From: Takakia lepidozioides | Taxonomy: Eukaryota > Plantae > Bryophyta | Reading direction: 5' to 3' | DNA: 64,000 nucleotides | Assembly: GCA_030704615.1 (NCBI GenBank) | Contig: CM060731.1 | Coordinates: 77,624,001 to 77,688,000, forward strand | Shown here: in pieces, positions 12,664 to 26,500 of the stretch | Layout of the letters: every line of letters begins with the position of its first letter | Numbering within the stretch: the stretch's first letter is position 1 | Notes under the pieces: generated by a model | Seen by the model: the letters and a program-made list of their open reading frames with translations, nothing else | What the model was told of the DNA's origin: nothing | Databases searched by the model: none | Made by a program: the position numbers and the translations under genes

Positions 12664-13473
12664 ATTAATAAGCGAACCTAATATCATAAAGTCAACGCAT
12701 GGAGCAAACACTCCAACACTCCACCACAAAAGTGCATTTATAAATTGATTGTGATCTTGTCCCGTTTTTACCATTATCCCAAAAATAAAAGCATGGATAC
12801 TTCTGTGTGCAGATGTCGTTAGGAAACCATAGCGTCGGCCAGGCCTCATCACTGCCTTCCGAGCAACATGGGGGAAGTAGGGGATCATATGCAGCTGCAC
12901 TGATGCTCTCACCTATTCTTGGGCGAATAGAATTCCCTCCCACTAGCAAGGTCACAGAGCCCAGCTCTTCAGCGTCCCCACAGTTTGAGAAATCCGATGT
13001 CAACTGGAAGCATATCAGGATTGCTTCTTCTACCAAGCTTCCCTTCCATGTATAGCTTGGCTTAGCTTCTTCATTTTGCCCTGGCCCTTCAGTAGGTTCT
13101 CTCTCTCCTTCAATCAGGGGGCATAGGCTATTACATTTCTCTGGTCTTGCAGGCGGCAGACCAACCCTTTCCTCTCCTTCTTCCCTTTCTTTTGCTTGGA
13201 CTCCCTCTTCCTTCTGCTCGCCATGCAGAACGGTTAAAGGTTCTTTCTATAGTCTCTCTTCTTTATTGGGCTTGGCCTGCTTTATTGTTCATTGTTCATT
13301 GCTTTATCGACTAAGTCATACACCAGTAGGTTCATTGTTTGAGAGTTATCTAACACGGTCCATCGTGAGCACATGCCTTATGGCGACATTCGGGCAGACA
13401 AGGGTTTTAATTTTTTTTCCCTTCAATAATTATATCAAATAAAATTTTATCAGGGCCACTGACCCCTGTTCTG

Positions 13474-13520
13474 GAAAAACAAAACAAAACAAAACAAAAC
13501 AAACAAACAAACAAACAAAC
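13474..13520. repeat. (AAAAC)n/(AAAC)n microsatellite
   Basis: Seen directly in the sequence. Confidence 0.9.
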
Positions 13521-13629
13521 TATTGCATCTTGTTTCAAAAACCACAACCAGCTAATAATTTGGCTCCCTCCCCTACCTGGGGAGTGCACCATGAAACCTT
13601 TTGGTAGCAAGGGTACGATTTGATTCTAA

Positions 13630-14841
13630 TTATCTGTAAAACAAGCCAGTTTTATCCATGTTAAAGATGTCATAGAGATTGTACCTGGAGACAATTTCCT
13701 TCACTTCTTCCATCCTCCTCAGAACCTCCGGTGAAACTTGTCGGTCGAAGCGTCTTCTCCGTGACGAGTATAACCTTTGATATGGAATCTTCGTTTGAAG
13801 CCTTCCACCCAACCGTGAGAAAATTGCAGCTCCTTCTCATTTGCTACTCTTGGTGTCATCATGTAAAATCTCTTTGCAGCAGCCACCACAAGAGCATCAG
13901 ATAGAGCAATGGAATTTTCTTGCATTTTGATGAACCATGTGAACGTTGCTTATTCCACTTCTGGACACTGTGGCTTCCTCATGCGTTTGGGAGTCACTGT
14001 TATGATCAACCTTCATAACCAACAAATCTTTTCGTTTCAATTGTCAATGCACGGTTAGTGATTTTCTGACCGCTTGACAACAACGTCTCATGATGTTCAA
14101 GAATTTCTCGTTTCTGTACCAGCCAATCAATCACCTCACAACTAGACTAGAGCCAAAACTCAATATGATGAGACTATCATAACTAGATCATTGGTACAGA
14201 TTGATTGTAATGTTGTAGGAACAGAAACGAGCAGACAAAACTCAGAATTTCAAGTAGCATTTACAACGTAGCCTCTTTTTTCTGATAGCAAAATCTAATC
14301 CAAGAGAAGACCGAAGATGAAGTCTACATGTGCATTTGGGATGTGCATTTGATAACCACCTCCAAGCAGTACAATTGATAGACATACAGTTCTTACATAT
14401 GTGTGCTAGCCTCAAATAGATTCAAGGTTTTCCGCATGGTATGCAGACTTCTCACTGATCGCAGTTCACATCGCAGTTCATGTCGCTGGTTTTGGGTAAA
14501 GGTTGCATTTGTGGAAGTGGTGATTAGGAGCTAATGAATCTATGGTGAGGATTGGTTGGTACTTTTAGTAAACAAATTGTGACCACATCAAGAGGATTTG
14601 TTTTAGATCAGCTGATATGGATTATTACTAGCTACTTTCATGCAAGCCTTATCATGATCCTAATCCATTATCCTCACCCTTAACACTTACATGGGTCATT
14701 TTAATGAAGAAGGGAGTAAAACTTTTATAACACTTAAACACTTAACACTTGCTAGTGTATTTTCTAGGGGAGTAGAAGTTTCCATAGTAGTTATGGGTTC
14801 TTAACACTTACAGAGGTAACACTTAGCCAGGTCCGACTGTA
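13630..14841 (-). mobile_element. Truncated pogo/Tigger (CENP-B-like) DNA transposon
   Basis: Left TIR TA|CAGTCGGACC... at 14841 with subterminal TAACACTT repeats. HTH fragment (FSHGWVEGFKRRF...RHGE) and DDE start IFNMDKTGLFYR at 13630-14000, frameshifted. Confidence 0.85.
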
Positions 14842-17099
14842 TGAATGATTTGGACTTTGAACAAAATCACAACCATAATAGAAAGTATAAAATCAATCTT
14901 ACAATTCAAAAAGCTGTAACCTCTCTTTGATTTTAGTCTATTGTATACTTTTACGCAATCATGTAAAACGCTGCATCTTGTGAATTTCTTCGATTTTTTG
15001 CAATGTGCCTAAAATATCTAAACTATTTTGAGTTGTGCATATGATAAACAAATCTAGCTCGCAAAGTGATCATTATAACGTGTGGGTGACAAAATGAGAT
15101 AGGCCCATTGGATTCTATTGTGTATAACATAGTTGTGGGCTTACTGTGGGTTTGGGTTTAAAAAATTGTCAAATAATCATTGTTAAGTTATTGAAAGAAG
15201 TCCATGTTGCTCGAATGTCCATGAGCATAACAAATACCATGAGTAGAAACCGATTTGATTGTAACGTTACAATTTGTCTTTATTTGATTGGTAATGCCAA
15301 TGTTATTTCACATGTACAATAAGCCCAATGTTTGATATACCGTGAAATGATTATTTGGAAGAACTTCTATAACGATGTGGAAGTACTTTCAATCCCCGCC
15401 ACTTTACAAGGTCTAACATGAGATGTGACTTTAAAATGTATATGTCTAACAAACCAATGTACTAAAGCGTGGCTTAAGAAAAATATCTTTTTGCATGTTT
15501 AGTTTGTAAGTATGTTCATAATCTTGAGGTCAGTCTGGGCAAAGACCATGTTGTGGACTTCGGGTCATGGTCGGAGGATTGTGATCATGTTGATGGTCAA
15601 GGGGCTAGAAAACAAAAGAGATGTAGTATATGTGTATAGACAACTTTATCACTTTTGTTCGTCTCTCCATGATTTATTTGATAAAGACATTATTGCATGT
15701 ATGTGGCACAACTTGTACTGTAGCAAAAGCTCGAACCTCCATCCCTTGCTGGACTTGCCCGAAGAATGCAAAATGGGCAAGGCCAATTTCCCACCTCAAT
15801 TGGCTTTCAAGGGTTGAGCGGACGTGCTAAAGGATTAGTATGTGCTAAAAGAAAATATGTTTCTGCGGCACCCTTCTCGCAAAGTATCTGGGCCATCGTT
15901 TGTTCCCAACATTCACCACATGACCCATTTGTCTATGTATGTAGTGGAACAAAACTTGATAATTAGATATCAACACTTTTGAGCCACATGTACTCGAACG
16001 GTGGTGTTCAAAGTATGCTTGTGAAGTAATCGAATGGACTTAATCAAAAAGCTATATAGTGGTGTTGAATCGAATAAAATCCTCAAAATTAGTACGTAAA
16101 GTCAAGTACACAAGAGAATTGTGTGAGAATATAAAATAGATAGCTAGGATTCCATGCAATTTGTAAGATTTTCGTATAAGTAGTATTGGGGAGTCACTCC
16201 CTCACCAGAGGGATTTGGAATTTGAGCAATATTTCATAGCATCTTGTGGAGGCCAAATCCCAATTTCTAAATCTTTATAATGAAGGTAGTTTGCATCCCC
16301 CCCCCCCGAAACACATACAAAGCACCCCCATGCTAAACCTGACATTTGCCCCTCATTTTTTGCATGGACATGGCATTCCTACCACAGATTAGGAATGTGT
16401 GGAACACTCCACAAAAATCTAAAGCTCTCAAATTAGTTGGTCAAGGCTAAAAAACCATGTTTAAAAAAAATAAAAAATAAATAAAATCCTCTCTAAAACC
16501 ATATAATCTCCCATATTTCACAGTGAAACAATTTCATTTTTTGGTGAGTGCATGCAGGTGCCAAGTGTGCACCTACGTGTAAGGTTCATTTTTCTGGATG
16601 ATTTTTGATAGGTAGTTAGCCTCATTTTACTGATCATGGATAGTAATTTTTAGGTGTCAAAAAATGAACCATGTAGGAAGTTAAGGGTTAAAACATTATA
16701 ACTTCACACCTACACCCTGGTCCAAATTATGCCCACATCCAATGGTAGAAATTGTAAAAATTGACCCCCCAGTGTGCGGTTTTTGGAAATTTCTGGACGT
16801 GGCAGACTTTCTCCAAATGGCATGCTGCCAATTGGAGATGATCTGTCATGTTGTCAGATCATTTATTGGCTCCTCCCTATAAGGCAGAGACCACGCATTG
16901 GTGCCAAAAATGAGTAAGATCCTGATATACCTCCACTAGATAATACCTACATGAAGCAGATAATCCTCCCCCACTTAAATATTTGCTTGAATGTACCTTG
17001 ATTGGATAAGACCGATAAGTGAATCTTACACATGTAAACTATTCATAAATGAAGACCCATAACAAGCAGCACACACAAGAGGTCATTTTGGGTTGATGG

Positions 17100-17945
17100 T
17101 CATGACTCATGAAAAAGGTCAAGGACAATGTGGTGAGGGCACCTTCTTCTTCACATGTATGCCAAATGTGGGAGCATTGAGGATGCAAAGGGAGTGTTCA
17201 ACGTTATGGCTGAACGAGATGTGGTGTCCTAGAACGCGATGCTTGCAAGGTATGCACCAGCAGGGTCGCGGGATGGAGGCTTTGGAGACCTATGAGCAAA
17301 TGATGGGGGAAGGCTGACCACATAACCTTTGTGTGCGTATGCAGTGCGTGTGCAAGCCCGGCAGCCCTGGTAAAGGGCAAAGAGATCCATGGTTGCATCG
17401 TCAAATCTGCAATTGTATCAGATGTCATCCTGAACACTGCTCTAGTGGACATGTATGCCAAATGTGGGAGCATCGAGGATGCAAAAGGAGTGTTCAACAC
17501 TATGGCTGAACGAGATGTGGTGTCGTGCAATGCGATGCTTGCAGGGTCCCGGGATGGAGGTTTTGGAGACCTATGAGCAAATGATGGGGGAAGGGGTGAA
17601 GCCCGACCACATCACCCCTTCCCCCATCACGTTTGTTTGCGTTTGCAGTGCGTGTGCAAGCCTGGTAGCCGTGGAAAAGGGCAAAGAGGTGCATGGCTGC
17701 ATCACCAAAGCTGGAATTGTACTAGATGTGATTCTGAACAATACCCTCGTGGACATGTATGCCAAAGGTGGGAGCATTGAGGATGCGGAGGTATGGAAGT
17801 GGTATCATGGAACGCGATGCTTGCAGGATGTGCACAGCAGGGGCACGGGATGGAGGCTTTGGAGACCTATGAGCAAATGATAGGGGAAGGCCAACCACAT
17901 CACGTTTGAGTGCTTTTGCAGTGCGCGTGTGCAAGCATGGCAGGC
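17100..17945 (+). pseudogene. PLS-class PPR fragments
   Basis: Motifs such as NTALVDMYAKCGSIEDAKGVFNTMAERDVVS and ITFVCVCSACAS, with several frameshifts. Shares a linker (GGACAATGTGGTGAGGGCACCTTCTTC) with the minus-strand array. Confidence 0.9.
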
Positions 17946-18642
17946 CACTCTTTTCCTGGAAGATAAGTTTCTATTTGAGGCCTTGAAATGTCAAAAACCT
18001 ACAGGTGTTGACCACTCGACTAAGTACTCCGGTCATGTTTGCCCTTATTTACAGCGAGCTAGTGAAAAGATTACAACGGATGAGTGTCATTGATTTCTCA
18101 GTGGACATGGAGCTTCCACTAAATGTTGTTGATCTTCCTCACTCCCGAGTTGCTTCTCAAATTGGTACACCAAAAATGACTTCAGCCTTTCAATATATCA
18201 GACGGCCGTGTGCATGGGGAACTCACATACTTTTAGCAAAATCTCTTACGTATTGGAGTGATCATTTTCCCTAAGTACCATGGATGCCTCCTGCCTCTAG
18301 GATATTTATTTGCAGCATTTGCGTGGATTCAGGAGGCAATCACCACTCGTTGCTTCGCACACCCCAATTGCTTTTAGTAGAGGTGTGTTGCATTGCCTCT
18401 TGAGTTGGGTTACTTGATGGAAAAATATGTACTCCCAATTTTTCAGCTTTTGTCCTTCATTTAATTTTCCAATTTGCATGCTAATTGAATCAATTGAGCA
18501 AGATGGACTGGTTCTGGAAAGTGGAAATCTTTCGATTCAAAGTGTCATGAGTGGTGGCAGGTGCTAGGTCATTGAAGCAGCTTTACTGGCCATGGCGAGC
18601 TGCACTAGAAGCATTCGTGTCATTTACCACTGGGGTAACGAC

Positions 18643-19412
18643 CAGTGTTGGTCGGTTACCCGCCGGGACCCAAGTTAACCGCCGGTTCAGGTTCAGGTTA
18701 ACAGGAACCGGACCAGAACCGGGCCCATTCCTACAGAACCTTATCCAGAACCGGAACCTGTCAATGGGGATCGGCGCAGAACCGAACTGGCGGTTCCTGC
18801 TGGGTGTGAGAACCGGAGAACCGGGGCGCAGGGGGATAAAAACAGGTTCCGGTTCTTGACCCCTTGGTGGGGCTGGTGGGCCCAGGGCAAAACTTATTTA
18901 ATGCTCTCAAGCTCCTGAGATCCTGGGTTCGAGATTCTATGTTCAATGCTTCAGCGCCATGAGATCTTGGGTTCAATCTCCAGCTCCATGATATCCTGGC
19001 TAAGTTCATTAATAAAATGTTTGAAGATGCCAATACTTGCCAGGTAGCTGAATAGTACTTTCAACCCAAAAAATTTTACCCATTTTCTTCTACCAGTTTA
19101 TTTAGAGTATTTTTGTTTGTTTTTTTGTGTTAGTGAAAACTAACAAAATCGTTGGATTTTAGTTCAAATATGTGAATACACTGCTATTTAATCTACCGGA
19201 CTGATAAAATATTTTAAATCTAATAAAAAAAAATAAAAAAAATAGAACCGGAACCTAACCGGGAACCGATGGTTTTTATCAGCAACTAACCGGTAACCGG
19301 AACCGGCTCAATAAATAAATAAAACCGGAACCGGATCCGGAACCGTCTCTTGAAATAATTGTGGAACCGGAACCGAAGGTTCCTTCACAAATGCAAGAAC
19401 CGCCCAACACTA
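18643..19412. mobile_element. hAT-type MITE (770 bp) with GAACCG subterminal repeats
   Basis: Termini CAGTGTTGGTCGGTT / AACCGCCCAACACTA. Perfect 8-bp TSD GTAACGAC at 18635-18642 and 19413-19420. Confidence 0.92.
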
Positions 19413-19776
19413 GTAACGACTCATTTTGAGTCGTAAAAGTCAAAAAACCGGGATCGACTGGAAGTTACAAACGACTAGTTACAACAGACGTGGAAGTTGG
19501 GTCGGACATCCAATGATTGGAGTGGTAAAGGACGCAGACGTGCGAACAACTGCTCAACGATTATTGCGATTAATGCTGAAGAACCACGTGGCGTAACCAG
19601 GCCGGCCGCCCGTGGGTATGACCTTTTGGGATAACTTTGACTTTTCCCTCCGGATAAGTGGACTGACTCACCGGAGCGCGGTGACACATGGACGCGGACG
19701 ATGATGTGGACGCCGACGTGGCGGCGCCGCGACGAGCAGCACTGCTGCCACCAGGCCACGGGCCCGGGTGCCACGT

Positions 19777-20055
19777 CAGTGTTTTTTTTTCAAATTTGGA
19801 AAAGAACAGGAGTGGCTACTGAGTTTTGCAGGAAGTAGCCATATTTTCTGCTCATCCACTGATATTTGGACAGAATCATCCTCCTCTATACTTTCATCCA
19901 CGTATATCATCCATATTAGGCGAATTCATCCAAGATTTATATTTTTGAATTTTGGCGATTTCATCCATGAGAAAATAGGGAATTTACGACAGAATAGTCG
20001 ATTTTGATTTTTGAGGTCGAAAAAGTGCGAAATTTCCCCAGAAATAAAAACACTG
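19777..20055. mobile_element. hAT-type MITE (279 bp)
   Basis: TIR CAGTGTTTTT / AAAAACACTG. Perfect 8-bp TSD TGCCACGT at 19769-19776 and 20056-20063. Confidence 0.92.
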
Positions 20056-20529
20056 TGCCACGTGGTAATCGACCACATAACTTGCTACATGCCCAGTGGC
20101 AACTACGACTGCAGAAGTCGGCGCAACCACTGCTTTACTAGTTTAAATGAAGTGCTCGAAATTACTTGAACAATCACTCATAGTGGTTCATGCTTTGAAG
20201 TTCTGGTGTTTGTAGTGAGCCGACTAGTACATATGCATGTAATGCCATACAAGAGAACTAATCATGTCATTAGAAATGCAAAAACGATGAAAGACATGCC
20301 ATGAAACAAAACAAAATGAAAATGAAATGAAATGAAACAAAATGGTATTTTATTACATCTGCAGAAAGCTCAAAGAGCTTATGGTACAAAATGAAAAAAC
20401 CAAAGTAAAAAAGCAGCCCAAAGCTACTACTGCTCTGGGGATTGCCTAAGGGTCAAGGCCTCGTGCAGGTAAGCTGCCAAGCAATTGTGATCCTCATAAT
20501 GCAAGACTCAGTGACAGATTGAGTCCCAC

Positions 20530-23500
20530 GGAATAGACCATCTACCCATGCAGGTTTCTTGTAGCTATTGATCCAGAGGGAATCATAGGTAATCTTCTGC
20601 TTGAAATCTGGCCCTCTTGGATGAATCTGGACCCACACTCTCTTTGCTCCTTCAGCTACCCATGCCTCTGCACAAATCATGCATTAATCCTTGCCTTGCT
20701 GCTAGTAGCTGACAATGACAGCCTAGATAATTTATTCTAGGAAACACCCAACTCAGCTTCTCACACTAGTTCCTATGCTGAATGCGTCTGCTACTCTATG
20801 AAATGTAACATGCATTCACATTTTTTTCCCATCATTGACTGGGGCAGAAAAGTATTCATTCCACAGCTTCTCCTCATCTCTGTTACTTGTTTTTTGATAC
20901 TTTCCTGTTGTCACATTGGCAGTATCATGTCAAAGTCACCCCAAACTAGATTCACTCAACTAGCTAACTTGCAGAATTCAACATGGAAATGCAGGGCCGA
21001 TTCTGATAAGAGGGAAAAACAAGGTGAAATGTGTTGAAGAAGATGCCTACATTAGCAGTGTCTGATTTTATAAATTGTGCCGCTGCTGCCAGTTGACCAT
21101 CTACCCACGCATGTTTCTTGTAGCTACAGAGTCAATCTGGAGCTTGAAGCCCGACCCTCTTGGGTGAATCTGCACCCACACTCCATCCCTGCTCCTTCAA
21201 CTATCCATGCCTCTGCACAAATCATGCATATATCATTGCCTTGCTGCTAGCAGCTGACAATGACAGCCTAGATTTGTTCTAGCAAACATCCCAACCCTAC
21301 TTGGAAAAACAGGCTGAAATGTGTTGAGGAAGGTGCCTTCATTAGCAGCACCTCATTCTATCAATTGTGCTGCTGCCGCTACTGTTTCCACTTGCAACAA
21401 TTGACCATCTACTCCAGCTGATTTTTTGTAGCTATTGATCCCTTAGCCCGAACCTGAACATGAATCTGGACCTCTATCCCTGGTCCCTCAGCTATCCCCG
21501 TCCTTTAGCTATCCCTGCCCGTGTACAGATCATGAATGCATCCCTCAGCCTTGCTGCTAGCAGCTGACACTGACGGCGTGAAGTTCTTCAAGAAAACACC
21601 CCAACCCTACTTAACAGTAGTTCCAATTCTGAAATTGCAACTGCTTCTCTCTGTAGTCGAACAAGCACTCACCTTTTTGTCTCCATTGTCCCCCCACTGA
21701 CTGGGGTCGGAAAAGTGTTCATTCCAAAGCTTCTCTTCATCTTGTTATCTGTTTTTGGGTACTTTCCTGCTGCCACATCAGCAGTAACTTGTCAAAGTCA
21801 CTCCAAACCACCCCACATCCACCCAACGAGCTAACTTACAACATTCAATATGTAAATTCAGGGCTGAGTCTAATGAGAGGGCAAAATAGGCTGAAATAGG
21901 TCGAAGAAGAAGTTGCCCTCACCACATTGTCCTCGACCTTGTGTCATGACCCATGGAGAGTTTGACTGACCATGCACCCAAGAGGACCTCTTGTCTGTGC
22001 GAGGTGTGTGCTGCTTCCACAGGGAATTGTAGGCGATCTAGAGCTTGAAATCCGGCCCTCTTGGATGAATCTGGACCCACACTGCTCCCTGCTCCTTCAG
22101 CTATCCATGCCTCTGCACAAATCATGCATACATCCTTGCCTTGATGCTAGTAGCTGATAATAACACCCTACAATTGTTCCAGCAAACACCCCAACCCTAC
22201 TTATCGCACTAGTTTTTACTTGCGTCTGCTTCCAATAGGCATTCACCTTTTTGCCTGGATTGTTCCACCATTGACTGGGGTCGGAAACATATTCATTCCA
22301 GAGCTTCTCTACATCTCTATTATCTGTTTTTCGATACTTTTCTGTCGACCACATTGGCAGTAACATGTCAAAATCACTCCAACACCACCATAGATCCACC
22401 AACAAGGTAATTTGCAAAATTCAACATGAAAATTTAGGGACGACTCTGATAGCAGGGGAAAACAGGGTGAAATATGTTGAAGAAGATACCTTCATTAGCA
22501 GTGGGCCTTGTTCTATCAATTGTGCTGTTGTTGTTGCTGTTTCCAGTTGACCATCTACCCACTTATAGCCGCTGTGCTATTGAAGAAGGTGCCCCCCTTC
22601 CCCCATCATTTGATCATAGGTCTCCAAAGCCTCCATACCATGTCCCTGCTATGCATACCCTACAAGCATCGCGTTCCATGACACCACATTTGGTTCAGCC
22701 ATAGTGTTGAAAACTCCCTTCGCATCCTTAATGCACCCACATTTGGCATAGACGTCCACCAGGGCACTGTTCAGGATGACATCTGGTACAATTCCAGTGG
22801 TTGGGCTTCACCCCTTTGCGCAACATTTGCTCATAGGTCGCCAAAGCATTCCTACCATACCCATGCATGGTAAATCCTGCCAACATTATATTCCACGTGA
22901 TCAAAGATCACTGAGGCATTCTGTAGAAATCTTGGCGAGCATCCATGATGCTCCCGCACTTAATATACATGTTGACAAGGGTGTTGAGTAGAAAAAACAT
23001 TTGGCATGAATCCACTTTGGATAATGTGAGTGTGCACCTGACTCCAGCTTCCAGACCTAGAGCCTTTGTCAGTCTACTTGCCTCACAAAGCATCTTCACA
23101 TGCCCCGCAGAAGAGGCATTGTGGACTCCCTCTCTTGATCCTCTTTCAGAAGTTGTGGTCATGGTTGAGGTGCCTGATTTTATCAACTGTGCCGCTGCAG
23201 TTGCTGCCTTTAGTTGACCATCTACCCATTTAGGTTTCTTGTAGCTATTGATCCACATGGAATCACAGGTAATCTGGAGCTTGAAGTCCAGCCCTCTTGG
23301 ATGAATCTGGACCCACACTCTATCCCTTCTCCTTCAGCTATCCATGCCTCTGCACAAATCATGCATTCATCTTTGCCCTTGCTGCTAGCAGTTGACAATG
23401 ACAACCTAGAAACCACCCAATCAAACTAGTTCATATGCTGAATTGCGTCTGCTACTCTCTGTCATCTAACACGCATTCAACTTTTTGCCTCGGTTGTCCC

Positions 23501-23570
23501 ACCATTCACTGGGGTCAACAATGTATTCATTCCACACCTTCTCCTCATCTCTGTTATCTGTTTTGGATAC
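20530..23570 (-). pseudogene. Tandem decayed OSB-type PDF motif units (about 5-6 full or partial copies), split by a ~175-200 bp putative intron
   Basis: Half 1 is EK.WNEY..DPS.WWDNRGKK; half 2 is IHPRGPDFKLQIT.DSLWINSYKKP.WVDGQL. GT donors at 21672 (GTGAGT) and 22246; CAG acceptors, e.g. at 22071. Confidence 0.75.
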
Positions 23571-26500
23571 TTTCATGCTACCACATCGGCAGTTACTTGT
23601 CATAGTCATTCCAAACCACCATAGATCCACCCAACGAGCTAACTTACAGAATTCAATATGCATCTTAGGGCCGAGTGTGATGAGAGGGCAAAACAGGCTG
23701 AAATAGGTCAAAGAAGAAGGTGCCCTCACCACATTGTCCTTGACAATTCAATATGCATCTCAAGGCCGAGTCTGATGAGAGGGAAAAACAGGCTGAAATA
23801 GGTCAAAGAAGAAGGTGCCCTGACCACATTCTCCAAGGCCTCCATACCATGCCCCTGCTGTGCACACCCTGCAAGCATCGTGTTCCACGTGATGAAAGAT
23901 CGTTGAGGCATTATGTTGAACACTTGGTGAGCATCCATGATGCTCCCGCACATAACATACATGTTGACAAGGGTGTTGAGTAGAAAAATATTTGGCGTGC
24001 ACTTTGGATAATGTGAGTGTGCACCTGCTTTCCAGCTTCAAGGCCTTTCATCTTGATGCACTTATGCAAGAGATAGACATACGTATCTGAATCTGCTGAA
24101 ATGCCTCCTTGGTTTAAAGTCAGTAGAGCCTTTTTCAGTCTGTCTGCCTCACAAAGCATCTTCACATGCCCATAAGTGCCAAAAGAGGCATTGTGGACTC
24201 CCTCTCTTGATCCTCTTCCAGAAGCTGTGGACCGTGGTCATGGTTGAGGTGCCTGATTTTATCAACTGTGCCGCTGCAGCAGCTGCCTTTGGCGATGCAA
24301 CCATGCACCTCTTTGCATCTGGTAATTTGACAGGCATTCACCTTGGTACAATTCCAGCTCTGAAGATGTCGCCATGGACCTCTTTCCCCTTTTCCAAAGC
24401 TGCCAGGGCAGTGTTCAGATTGACATTTGGTACAATTCCAGCTTTGATGATATCCCCATGCACCTCTTTGCCCTTCTCCAGGCCGGCTGCCAGGCTTGCA
24501 CAAGCATTGCAAATGCACACAAACACGATGTGCTTCCCCCCATCATTTGCTCATAGGTCTCCAAAGAAACCATCCCATGTCCCTGCCGTGCATACCCTGC
24601 ATGCATTGCACTCCACGACACCACATCTCGTTCAGCCATAGTGTCGAACACTCCCTTTGCATCCTAGATGCACCCACATTTTGCAAACATTTTCACCAGG
24701 GTTTTGTTCAGAATGACATATGGTACAATTCCAGCTCTGAAGATGTCGCCATGCACCTCTTTCCCCTTTTCCAAAGCTGCCAGGGCAATGTCCAGATTGA
24801 CATTTGGCACAATTCCAGCTTTGATGATATCCCCATGCACCTCTTGCCCTTCTCCAGGGCTGCCAGGCTTGCACAAGCATTACAAATGCACACACACATG
24901 ATGTGCTTCCCCCATCATTTGCTCATAAGTCTCCAAAGCCTCCATCCCACGTCCCTACCGTGCATACCCTGCAAGAATCATACTCCATGACACCACATCT
25001 CGTTCAGCCATAGTTTCGAACACTCCCTTTGCATCCTAGATGCACCCATATTGCAAACATGTTCACCAGGGTATTGTTCAGAATGACATCTGGTACAATT
25101 CCAGCTCTGAAGATGTCGCCATGCACCTCTTTCCCCTTTTCCAAAGCTGCCAGGGCAATGTTCAGATTGACATTTGGCACAATTCTAGCTTTGATGATAT
25201 CCCCATGCACCTCTTGCCCTTCTCCAGGGCTGCCAGGCTTGCACAAGCATTACAAATGCACACACACATGATATGCTCCCCCCATCATTTGCTCATAAGT
25301 CTCCAAAGCCTCCATCCCACGTCCCTGCCATGCATACCCTGCAAGCATCACACTCCACGACACCACATCTCGTTCAGCCATAGTGTCGAACGCTCCCTTT
25401 GCATCCTAGATGCACCCACATTTTGCAAACATGTCCACCAGGGTATTGTTTAGAATGACATCTGGTACAATTCCAGCTCTGAAGATGTCGCCATGGACCT
25501 CTTTCCTCTTTTCCAAAGCTGCCAGGGCAGTGTTCATAATGACATTTGGTACAATTCCAGCTTTGATGATATCACCATGCACCTCTTTGCCCTTGTCCAA
25601 GGCTCGATGCACCCACATTTTGCATACATGTCCACCAGGGTATGGTTGAGAATGACATTTGGTACATTTCCAGCTCTGAAGATGTCACCATGGACCTCTT
25701 TCCCCTTTTCCAGAGCTGCCAGGGCAGTGTTCAGAATGACATTTGGTACAATTCCAGCTTTGATGATATCCCCATGCACCTCTTTGCCCTTGTCGAGCAG
25801 GCTTGCACAAGCATTGCAAATGCACACAAACATGATGTGGCTGGGCTTCACCCCTTCCCCCATCATTTGATCATAGGTCTCCAAAGCCTCCATCCCACGT
25901 CCCTGTTGTGCATATCCTGCCCGCGTCGCACTCCACGACACCACATCTCGTTCAACCATAGTGTCAAAAACTCCATTTGCATCCTCATTGCATCCTCAAT
26001 GCATCCACATTTGGCATACATGTCCTGGTCAGGGCAGTGTTCAGAATGACATCTGGTGCAATTCCAGCTTTGACAGATGTCACCATGGACCTCTTTCCCC
26101 TTTTCCAGGCTTGCACACACATTGCAAACACAAACAAACGTGATGTGGTTGGGCTTCACCCCTTCGCGCATCATTATCTCACAGGTCTCCAAAGCATTCG
26201 TACCACGCCCATGCTTGGTAATCCTGCCAACATTATATTCCACGTGATCAAAGATCGTTGAGGCATTCCGTGTTGAACACTTGGTGATCATCCATGATGC
26301 TCCCCTTAACATACATGTTCACAAGAGTGTTGAGTAGAAAGACGTTCGGCGTGAATCCACTTTGGACAATGTGAGTGTGCACCTGTTTTCCAGCTTCCAG
26401 GCCTTTCATCTTGATGCACTTATGCAAGAGACACACATACGTATCTACATCTGCTGAAATGCCTCCTTGGTGTAAAGTCTGTAGAGCCTCTTTCAGTCTA

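Noticed and set aside
14900-17050. Short ORFs and a possible Tc1-like end (TACACCCTGGTCCAAA near 16711)
   Set aside because: No recognisable domain and no partner TIR found.
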